Positions 16,858 to 23,486 of a stretch of DNA of 23,486 nucleotides are shown here, piece after piece. The stretch comes from Candidatus Krumholzibacteriia bacterium. Lineage in GTDB: Bacteria > Krumholzibacteriota > Krumholzibacteriia > LZORAL124-64-63. The notes beneath the pieces were generated by a model. It saw only the letters and a program-made list of their open reading frames with translations. It was not told the DNA's origin and made no database searches. Every line of letters starts with the position of its first letter. Within the stretch, counting starts at the first letter, position 1. The DNA lies in the NCBI GenBank assembly GCA_046484865.1, contig JAWOID010000078.1:1-23486 (forward strand), written 5' to 3'. The position numbers and the translations under genes were made by a program.

Positions 16858-18627
16858 TCAGCCCTGCACGATGCCCGCCACCGAAGCTCTCCCCAGCGGA
16901 TGATAGGTCTCTTGCACGTCGGCGAAGATCTCGCGCGCGAGGGCGGCCGTCTCGTCGTTCGCCATCAGTGCCCGGTAAAGTGGTTTGAGGTACTTCATGC
17001 GGCCCATGTTCGTGAGTACCTCGCGGACGCGCGGCAGCGCGGGCGCATGACCCGAACGCGCGGCGATGACGAGCCATTCCACCAGCACCTCGTAGTTGCC
17101 GCGGTCGCCGAGGTGGAAGGTCTCGTCCAGCCAGCGACAGTCGTCGGCGGGCAGCGGCCGCGGCAGGTTCTGCAGGAAGATCTGCCACTCCTCGCTGGTC
17201 CACCCCTGTGCGACGGCGGGGTCGGGCCGCATGCCGGCGCGCCACCCGTCCGCCAGACGGCGCACGCCGTCGATGCGGTCCGAGGCGATGGGCACCTCGT
17301 TCTCGGGCATGTCCGGCTCCTCCACCCAGCGTGGCCCGTGCACCTGTTCGTAGACGCCGGGCAACTCCTGCTCGAGAAAGGCAAGGAACTCGTCGGTGGT
17401 GATGGACTGGAAGCGGAAGGTCTCGATGTAGCGACGCAGGAAACGGTCGAAGCGCTCGCGGCCCACGGCCCGCTCGAGCAGGATCACGAACTGGGCGCCC
17501 TTCTCGTAGGGAACCAGGGAATAGACCGTGTCCGGGTCGATGCCCTCGAGATCGTTGCGGAGCCGCGTGTAGGGCGAGCCGGGGCCGAACTGGTCCAGGT
17601 TCTCCTGCAGGGCCCGCCGCCGGATGGCGCCCTGGAGATCGGCATACTCGGGACCGTAGAGTTCCTCGAGGATGCGCCGCTCGGCGTAGACGGTGAAGCC
17701 CTCGTTCAGCCAGAAGTCGTCCATCGTGGCGTTCGTCACCAGGTTGCCGGTCCAGGAGTGGGCCAGCTCGTGCGCCACCACGTGCACCTGGGAACGATCG
17801 CCCGCCAGCAGCGTGGGCGTGAGAAAGGTGAGCCGTGGATTCTCCATGCCGCCGTACGGGAACGCGGGCGGCATCACCAGCATGTCGAAACGGTCCCACT
17901 CGTAGGGTCCGAAGAGCCGCTCGGCGGCGGCCATCATGTCCTCCACGCCGGCGAACTCCCAGGCCGCCTGCTCCACCGTGGCGGGCTCGGCGTACACCCG
18001 CGAGCGCGGTCCCAGGTCGCGCTGGTCGAGGTCTCCCACCGCCAGCGCCAGCAGGTAGGTGGGGATGGGCTGGGGCATCTCGAAGCGCCAGGTGGTGCGA
18101 TCGCCGTCGGCCTCGTGCTCGCCCGCGGGGGCGGCCGACATCACGGCCTTCAGAGGCCGCGGCACGGTGATGGCGGCCGTGTAGGCCACGCGGTGCCGCG
18201 GCGTGTCCTGGCACGGCAGCATCGACCGGGCGTGAATGGGCTGGCACTGGCTGAAGAGGAACGGGTGCCGCCCGCCGGCGGTCTGCTGCGGCTCGAGCCA
18301 GCCGAGCGCCAGGGCGCCGGGAGCCGTCCGGTAATCGATCTCCACCGATCCGGTTCCCGGGGGCAGGTCCAGCCGGATGCGTTCTCCGCGCACCGCATCG
18401 GTCTCGGCTACCGACCAGGCGACCTCCGGGCCGCCGGTCGTACGGACCCGAGCTATCTCGAGCCCCCGACCGTCCAGGTCCAGCGGACCGCCTCCGGAGC
18501 GGTCCAGATCGATGCGCACCCGACCGGCGAGCGTGCGGGCGCCGAAATCGACCGTCAGATCGAGATGGAGCCGGCGCTGCGCCGGCTGCGTGTCGTCGCA
18601 CCACGAATGGGGATCGAAGAGAGGCAT
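16858..18627 (-). CDS. M1-family zinc aminopeptidase, leukotriene A4 hydrolase-like
   Basis: DPHSW, FLFSQCQPIHARS, GGMENP, HELAH-x18-E (WLNEGF), VPYEKG, and C-terminal GRMKYLKPLY. GAGGAG RBS before ATG 18627. Confidence 0.94.
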   Translation of the reverse strand: MPLFDPHSWCDDTQPAQRRLHLDLTVDFGARTLAGRVRIDLDRSGGGPLDLDGRGLEIARVRTTGGPEVAWSVAETDAVRGERIRLDLPPGTGSVEIDYRTAPGALALGWLEPQQTAGGRHPFLFSQCQPIHARSMLPCQDTPRHRVAYTAAITVPRPLKAVMSAAPAGEHEADGDRTTWRFEMPQPIPTYLLALAVGDLDQRDLGPRSRVYAEPATVEQAAWEFAGVEDMMAAAERLFGPYEWDRFDMLVMPPAFPYGGMENPRLTFLTPTLLAGDRSQVHVVAHELAHSWTGNLVTNATMDDFWLNEGFTVYAERRILEELYGPEYADLQGAIRRRALQENLDQFGPGSPYTRLRNDLEGIDPDTVYSLVPYEKGAQFVILLERAVGRERFDRFLRRYIETFRFQSITTDEFLAFLEQELPGVYEQVHGPRWVEEPDMPENEVPIASDRIDGVRRLADGWRAGMRPDPAVAQGWTSEEWQIFLQNLPRPLPADDCRWLDETFHLGDRGNYEVLVEWLVIAARSGHAPALPRVREVLTNMGRMKYLKPLYRALMANDETAALAREIFADVQETYHPLGRASVAGIVQG

Positions 18628-18771
18628 GACGGCTCCTCGCCTGGTGTGCCCGGGTCGCGTGCCGGTCGAGCGCCGATTCGCGTGCCGGTGCGGTCGGCTG
18701 ACGGCGGATCGCCGGCTCGTGCCGGCGGGTGCGAGACGTTCCCAAGGGGATGGAAACACCGGCGCCGATCA

Positions 18772-18780
18772 TGGTACGAT
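18772..18780 (+). promoter_or_regulatory. Candidate extended -10 element
   Basis: TGgTACGAT 36 nt upstream of ATG 18817. Confidence 0.35.
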
Positions 18781-18816
18781 GAGCCGCGTCGGGGGTGCAA
18801 CGCGGAGGGGACCGTC

Positions 18817-20481
18817 ATGATCCTGCGCATCGAGCCCGCGCGCGGGGCCGCCTGGGAGTCGCCGCTGGTGGGAGACTCGCTCATCGTGGGTCGTTCGTCC
18901 AGTTCGGACATCGTCATCGACCACCGAGCGCTGTCGCGACGTCATGCGCGCCTCTTCCGGATGCACGGCAACTGGATGGTCGAGGACCTCTCCTCCACCA
19001 ACGGCACCTTCGTCGACGGCCGGCGGCTCGACAGCCCTCGGCCCGTCGCAGCCGGCGACGTGGTCACCCTGGGCGGCAACGCCGTTCGCCTGGTTTTCGA
19101 TCCGGATCTGGCGCCGGCCCGCGCGGCCCCGGTGCCGAGCATCCTGCGTCCGGCCACCGACATCCTCGAGCAGGGCAGCAACACGGTCGCCGACCTGGCG
19201 GAGATTCCGGCCGGACTCGCCCGGTATGCCGAGCGGATGTCGATCGTCAACGACGTGCACGCCGCGCTCACGCGCTCGGGGACCCTCGAGGAATTGCTGG
19301 ACCTCATCCTGGACCGCATGTTCGCCCATCTCCAGCCGCAGCACGGGGTCATCTTCCTGCGCGACGACGATGGCGACGGCTGGCGGCGGGCGGCGAGCCG
19401 GAGCGAGCCCGGGGTCACGCAGGAGTTCCCCGAGTCGCGCAGCCTGCTCGACGAGGTGGCCGGCCAGGGACACGCCGCCCTCGTGCCGGTGATCGCACTG
19501 GACGAACGCTTCGCGAACGCGGCGAGCGTGCTGGACGCGGGAGTGTGCACGCTGCTGGCGGCGCCCCTCATCACCCCCGAGGGGAGCCTGGGCATGGTCG
19601 CCCTCGCCTCCACGCGGCCCACCCGGCAGTTCACCGAGGAGGACATGGAACTGCTGGTTCCGCTGGCGTCCGCGGCAGCCCTGCGGATCCGGAACATGGC
19701 CCTCGCCGAGGAAGCTGCCGAGCGACACCGGCTCGATCACGAGGTCGCCCTCGCGCGTCGCGTGCAAGAGGCGCTGCTGCCGTCCACGCTGCCCTCGTTG
19801 CCGGGGATCGATCTGTTCGCCAGCAACCTGCCGTCGCAGGTCGTGTCCGGCGACTACTACCAGGTGCAGCACCGGACCGACGGACAGCTGGCGCTGCTGG
19901 TGGCGGACGTCTCCGGGAAGGGCATCGGAGCATCTCTGCTCACGGCGACCCTGGACGCTCTGCTGGCGGCACAGCTCGAACAGGGCGAGGAACCCGCGGA
20001 GATCCTGGCGTGGGCCTCGGAACAGCTCTGGCGCAAGACGCCGGCCGAGCGATTCGCCACGGCGTTCCTGGCATTCCTCGACCCGTCGTCCGGACGCGTG
20101 CGCTTCGCGTCGGCCGGCCACGATCCCGCTCTGCTGCTGCGCGCCGACGGCAGCGTGCTGGAACTGCACAGCACCGGGCTGCCGCTGGGGCTGATCCCCG
20201 GTGCGGCCTACACCGCAGGCGAGGCGACGCTGGCGCCGGGCGATTGCCTGGTGGTCTATACCGACGGACTCACCGACGCCTCTGATCCAACGGACCAGGA
20301 GTTCGGCCAGGAGCGACTCTCGAGGTGCTGCGCCGGCAATCGCGACAAACCGCTGGCCGAGCTGGCCTGCTGCCTGATGGTCAGCATCGACGAGCACACC
20401 GGCGGCGCCGACCCTAACGACGACCGCACTCTCCTGCTGGTGCGGCGCGTTCCCGAGAGCGCGGCGAACACGGAGACGTGA
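18817..20481 (+). CDS. FHA-GAF-PP2C (SpoIIE/RsbU-like) serine phosphatase
   Basis: FHA: VGRSS..LSRRHA..DLSSTNGTFV. GAF: LLAAPL..LGMVAL..FTEED. PP2C: VSGDYY, VADVSGKG, SAGHDP, YTDGLTD, DDRT. GGAGG RBS. Confidence 0.93.
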   Translation: MILRIEPARGAAWESPLVGDSLIVGRSSSSDIVIDHRALSRRHARLFRMHGNWMVEDLSSTNGTFVDGRRLDSPRPVAAGDVVTLGGNAVRLVFDPDLAPARAAPVPSILRPATDILEQGSNTVADLAEIPAGLARYAERMSIVNDVHAALTRSGTLEELLDLILDRMFAHLQPQHGVIFLRDDDGDGWRRAASRSEPGVTQEFPESRSLLDEVAGQGHAALVPVIALDERFANAASVLDAGVCTLLAAPLITPEGSLGMVALASTRPTRQFTEEDMELLVPLASAAALRIRNMALAEEAAERHRLDHEVALARRVQEALLPSTLPSLPGIDLFASNLPSQVVSGDYYQVQHRTDGQLALLVADVSGKGIGASLLTATLDALLAAQLEQGEEPAEILAWASEQLWRKTPAERFATAFLAFLDPSSGRVRFASAGHDPALLLRADGSVLELHSTGLPLGLIPGAAYTAGEATLAPGDCLVVYTDGLTDASDPTDQEFGQERLSRCCAGNRDKPLAELACCLMVSIDEHTGGADPNDDRTLLLVRRVPESAANTET

Positions 20482-20502
20482 GCCGGTTCGTGGCTCGACT
20501 GC

Positions 20503-20646
20503 TCACCCGCTCGGCGGCACGAGCACCGTGCACAGCAACGTCAAAACGATCAGCGCCAGCGCCACGTTCCAGAGCAGGTCGGAGGCACGCGCGCGGACGG
20601 CTGCGGGATCAGGGTCGGGAACGCGAGGGGAACGTCGACCGCTCAT
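20503..20646 (-). CDS. Putative 47-aa single-pass membrane microprotein
   Basis: AAAGGAG RBS 6 nt before ATG. Translated by hand as MSGRRSPRVPDPDPAAVRARASDLLWNVALALIVLTLLCTVLVPPSG*. Absent from the ORF track, whose shortest entries are 60 aa. Confidence 0.6.
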   Translation of the reverse strand: MSGRRSPRVPDPDPAAVRARASDLLWNVALALIVLTLLCTVLVPPSG

Positions 20647-20738
20647 GATGGTCTCCTTTCGTCGACCACCTGATCTTCAAGTTCCAGTCCAGACCGTGTT
20701 CTTTGTCTGACAACGAGTTAGCTTCATGGCGCGAACGG

Positions 20739-20758
20739 ATGTGTCTCACCGGACACAT
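20739..20758. promoter_or_regulatory. Perfect inverted repeat ATGTGTC-N6-GACACAT, candidate operator
   Basis: 7-bp arms in an AT-enriched divergent intergenic region between the microprotein and tautomerase genes. Confidence 0.45.
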
Positions 20759-20900
20759 TCTTCACGTGTGCCGGGGGACACGATCGATCATCCCGCCCCG
20801 TCGGCGGGAGGTTGCGCACATCGCCACCCGCAGGAGTATGACCGCGATCAGCCATGTTCCGGCCCGGCCGCGGCGACACGACACGGTGAAGGAGGACGAC

Positions 20901-21104
20901 GTGCCCTACGTGAACATCCGGATCACCCGCGAGGGCGCCACGGCGGATCAGAAGGCCGCCCTGGTGGCCGGCGCCACCGAATTGCTGCAGCGCGTGCTCG
21001 GAAAGAACCCGGCCACCACGGTCGTCGTCATCGACGAGATCGACCCCGACAGCTGGGGCATCGGCGGGGAAACCGTGACGGTCCGCCGGGCACGCGGACA
21101 GTAG
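20901..21104 (+). CDS. 4-oxalocrotonate tautomerase family protein, 67 aa
   Basis: GTG start followed by catalytic Pro1 (MPYVNIRIT), QKAALV, and VVIDEIDPDSWGIGG. AAGGAGG RBS. Confidence 0.92.
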   Translation: MPYVNIRITREGATADQKAALVAGATELLQRVLGKNPATTVVVIDEIDPDSWGIGGETVTVRRARGQ

Positions 21105-21106
21105 AC

Positions 21107-21205
21107 CGCGGGTCGGCCGCAGGTCGGCCGCGAGTCGGCTGCGGGTCGGCCGCGAGTCGGCCGCGAGTGGGCCGCGGGTCGGCTGCGGGTCGGCTGCGGG
21201 TCGGC
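21107..21205. repeat. Degenerate 11-bp tandem repeat x9, consensus YGCGRGTCGGC
   Basis: Nine contiguous units from 21107 to 21205 between convergent stop codons. Confidence 0.92.
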
Positions 21206-21253
21206 CGATCCGCCGCCGGCCCGCGAGCGGCGTCTCGACTGCCTCCGTGCCGC

Positions 21254-21745
21254 TCACGCCATGCCCGGCATCTCCTGCAGCGGCCGGAACGTGAACTGTC
21301 CGATCGTCGGCCTCACCAGGCTTTCGAAGTCCTCGTACGGCATCATGATGATCTCGGTGTGGGTGCCGGCGTTGAACGCGATGGTGTCGGCCGCCTGCAG
21401 GTGACCGTCGACGAACACCCGCATGTTGTAGAGATTGCCGAACGGCGGCATGGCTCCCAGTTCGCAGTCCGGGAACCGGCTCTCGAACTCCGACTCGCTG
21501 GCGAGGCCCACGCTCTCGACGTTCGCCACCGAACGCAGCAAGTTGAAGTTGACCTTGCTCTCGGACGGAAGCACGGCCATCGCCATCAGCCCGTCCAGTT
21601 GCACGAGCACCGTCTTGGCGAAGCTGTAGCCGGGTACGCCTGCCTTGCGCGCGGTCTCGCGCGCTGCAAAGGCGTGCGGATGCTCGACGAGTTCGTACGG
21701 CACGCGGTGCTCGTCGAGGAACTCGAGCAGCTTTTCGCATGGCAT
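21254..21745 (-). CDS. YbaK/EbsC family aminoacyl-tRNA deacylase-like protein
   Basis: FLDEHRVPYELVEH, AKTVLV, LASESEF...FPDCELGAMPPFG and FNAGTH motifs. AAGGAGG RBS before ATG 21745. Confidence 0.92.
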   Translation of the reverse strand: MPCEKLLEFLDEHRVPYELVEHPHAFAARETARKAGVPGYSFAKTVLVQLDGLMAMAVLPSESKVNFNLLRSVANVESVGLASESEFESRFPDCELGAMPPFGNLYNMRVFVDGHLQAADTIAFNAGTHTEIIMMPYEDFESLVRPTIGQFTFRPLQEMPGMA

Positions 21746-21887
21746 GACTGCCCCTCCTTCACATGTGGACGCGCACACGGCGCCACGTTGCGAGGAGCAG
21801 GCTGCGAGACGGCGGGCGCCGGGCCCCGCGGGCGGCGGCGCGATGACGCCGCGGACCGGGGCCGGGTCGCGGTGACGTCACCCCCAT

Positions 21888-21896
21888 AGTCTAGCA
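21888..21896 (-). promoter_or_regulatory. Candidate extended -10 element
   Basis: TGcTAGACT on the minus strand upstream of the YbaK gene. Confidence 0.35.
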
Positions 21897-21944
21897 CGAT
21901 CGGCGGCCACCGGGCGGAATCTCGGGCTGGAAATCGGCTCGCGC

Positions 21945-23168
21945 TCAGAGCCGCACGACGATTCCGCGTCGCTGCAGGTGCACGAGCACCGCGGTGACGA
22001 GGATCAGCAACCCCAGGGACTGCGCCAGCGACGCCGCCTCCGGCGGCAGCCAGGAGGCCAGCAGGTGCCGCTGGACCCAGTGGTGCAGCGAGATCGAGCC
22101 CCCGTCCGAGGTCGGCCAGCGCAGTACGCGGATGGCGAGATCGGAAAGCAGGTGAGCCGCCACGAAGGCGAGCAGGGCATTCCGGCCGAGCGCCACCGCC
22201 GGCTCCAGCAACGCGCGCCGGGGACCGCCATCGACCAGCCGGTGGCCATCGACCAGCCGGTGCCCGGCCGCCAGCGCCAGCAGCGCCCAGCCGGCGGTGA
22301 TCAGGGCGTAGGCGCTGGTCCACACGTCCTTGACCGCCGGTTGCCAGGAGCCGACCGCCGTGCCCACGGCCAGGCACGCCAGTCCGGCTGCGGCCAGACG
22401 GCGGGCCAGGGTGCCGGGCGGGCGCGTGCCGCGCAGCGCCGCGCCCCGCAGCGCCGCGCCGACCAGCAGGCCGACGGCGCCCGTGGCGATCGCCGGCAGG
22501 GTGGAGAGGAGCCCCTCCGGGTCGCCGGGGCCAGGCCATCCGTGGGGTCCGAGGGCCAGGTCGTCCAGCCATACGGGCAGGCTGTTCCCGGGCGTGAGCA
22601 CCGCGCGGCCCAGTCCCGGCACGGGTGTCCAGGCCAACAGCGCCGCATAGCCGCCCAGCAGCGCGAAGGTCGCCGCCACCCAGCCCCGTGGCCCCGTGAT
22701 CAGGTAGAGTCCGACGCAAGCGAGGTACACGATCGCGATGCGCTGCAGCACGCCCGGCACCCGGACGGTGGCGAGATCGAAGTCCGGGAAGAGGTTCAGG
22801 AAGAGGCCGATCGCGAAGAGCAGGAGTGCGCGTCGCAGCGCGCGCCGCATGACCACCCCGCGCGCGACGTTCGCCGCAAGTCGGCGGCCCAGCGCCAGCG
22901 GCACCGACACGCCCACCAGCACCAGGAAGAAGGGGAAGACCAAGTCCGCCGGCAACAGCCATCCGCCCCAGTCGGCGTGCCGCAGCGGCGAGTACATCCG
23001 GCTCCAGGTGCCGGGGTTGTTCACGACGATCATGGCAGCCATGGTGAGGCCGCGCAGGACGTCCACGGACGGCAGCCGGGCCGCGGCAGGGCCGGGGACG
23101 CCGTCCGACCGCGCGTGCAGCGCGCCGCCAGCCTCTGATCGGATGGGCGGCAGAGGCCGACTGGGCAT
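21945..23168 (-). CDS. Heparan-alpha-glucosaminide N-acetyltransferase-like (HGSNAT/NagX-like) membrane acyltransferase
   Basis: RLPSVDVLRGLTMAAMIVVNNPG, PLRHADWGG, ADLVFPFFL..VGVS, RVPGVLQRIA, DPEGLLSTLPAI, KDVWTSAY and LGRNAL motifs. Confidence 0.88.
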   Translation of the reverse strand: MPSRPLPPIRSEAGGALHARSDGVPGPAAARLPSVDVLRGLTMAAMIVVNNPGTWSRMYSPLRHADWGGWLLPADLVFPFFLVLVGVSVPLALGRRLAANVARGVVMRRALRRALLLFAIGLFLNLFPDFDLATVRVPGVLQRIAIVYLACVGLYLITGPRGWVAATFALLGGYAALLAWTPVPGLGRAVLTPGNSLPVWLDDLALGPHGWPGPGDPEGLLSTLPAIATGAVGLLVGAALRGAALRGTRPPGTLARRLAAAGLACLAVGTAVGSWQPAVKDVWTSAYALITAGWALLALAAGHRLVDGHRLVDGGPRRALLEPAVALGRNALLAFVAAHLLSDLAIRVLRWPTSDGGSISLHHWVQRHLLASWLPPEAASLAQSLGLLILVTAVLVHLQRRGIVVRL

Positions 23169-23304
23169 GTGATCGATGGCGAGACCTCCCGGCGCTGGAC
23201 GGCGGATGTCGCGCCATCTTCGCCCCCTCGGGCCCGCCAGGCAACAGTCCCCTTATTCCACGCAAATTGTTTCCGGCTCCTGGCCGTGGTGCCGGACTGT
23301 CCGT

Positions 23305-23486
23305 TCACTCCGCGAACTCCAAGTCGTGGCGCCGGTTCACCTTCAGCGCCCGCGTCCTGACCTCCCCCCGGTTGTACTGGCGCCAGCGACCCTCCAATTC
23401 GATCTGCGTTGCGAACAGGCCCTTGGTCATCAGCTGGGAGAAGATCTCGGGCCAGTAAGCGGCGGCGAACGTCCGTGAACTGAAGG
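23305..23486 (-). CDS. C-terminal end of a hypothetical protein (partial)
   Basis: Open frame from the window edge, ...FSSRTFAAAYWPEIFSQLMTKGLFATQIELEGRWRQYNRGEVRTRALKVNRRHDLEFAE*, with G/C-rich third codon positions. Confidence 0.6.
   Translation of the reverse strand, partial: FSSRTFAAAYWPEIFSQLMTKGLFATQIELEGRWRQYNRGEVRTRALKVNRRHDLEFAE

Noticed and set aside
14794..18816. 1895-aa + strand ORF suggesting a giant protein fused to the phosphatase
   Set aside because: The first ~1340 codons are the antisense shadow of two motif-rich minus-strand genes. The real gene has its own RBS and ATG at 18817.
21107..21205. Possible CRISPR array
   Set aside because: Units are 11 bp and contiguous, with no unique spacers and no cas genes nearby.

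Overview
High-GC bacterial chromosomal window (a predicted outer-membrane beta-barrel suggests a diderm) with about 20 real genes; most of the long ORFs in the six-frame track are GC-driven shadow frames. At the left edge, the end of a probable IS1634-like insertion sequence cuts off a secreted-protein gene. Then come: a GAF (fRMsr/MsrC-like)-MOSC-SAM methyltransferase operon, speA, an HDOD-GAF protein, a DUF2723/TMEM260-like membrane glycosyltransferase, a receiver protein plus a 121-aa sigma-70 fragment, tex, a tandem universal stress protein, a CBM9/DUF5916 outer-membrane protein, an LTA4H-like M1 aminopeptidase, an FHA-GAF-PP2C phosphatase, a 47-aa membrane microprotein missing from the ORF track, a 4-oxalocrotonate tautomerase, a YbaK/EbsC protein, an HGSNAT/NagX-like acyltransferase and a partial hypothetical gene. 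The most interesting element is the mini sigma factor. It has regions 1.2-2.4 only, keeps the core-binding motif, has the promoter-melting WW replaced by RR, and is probably co-transcribed with a stand-alone response regulator. All family calls come from motif recognition by eye; no searches were run.
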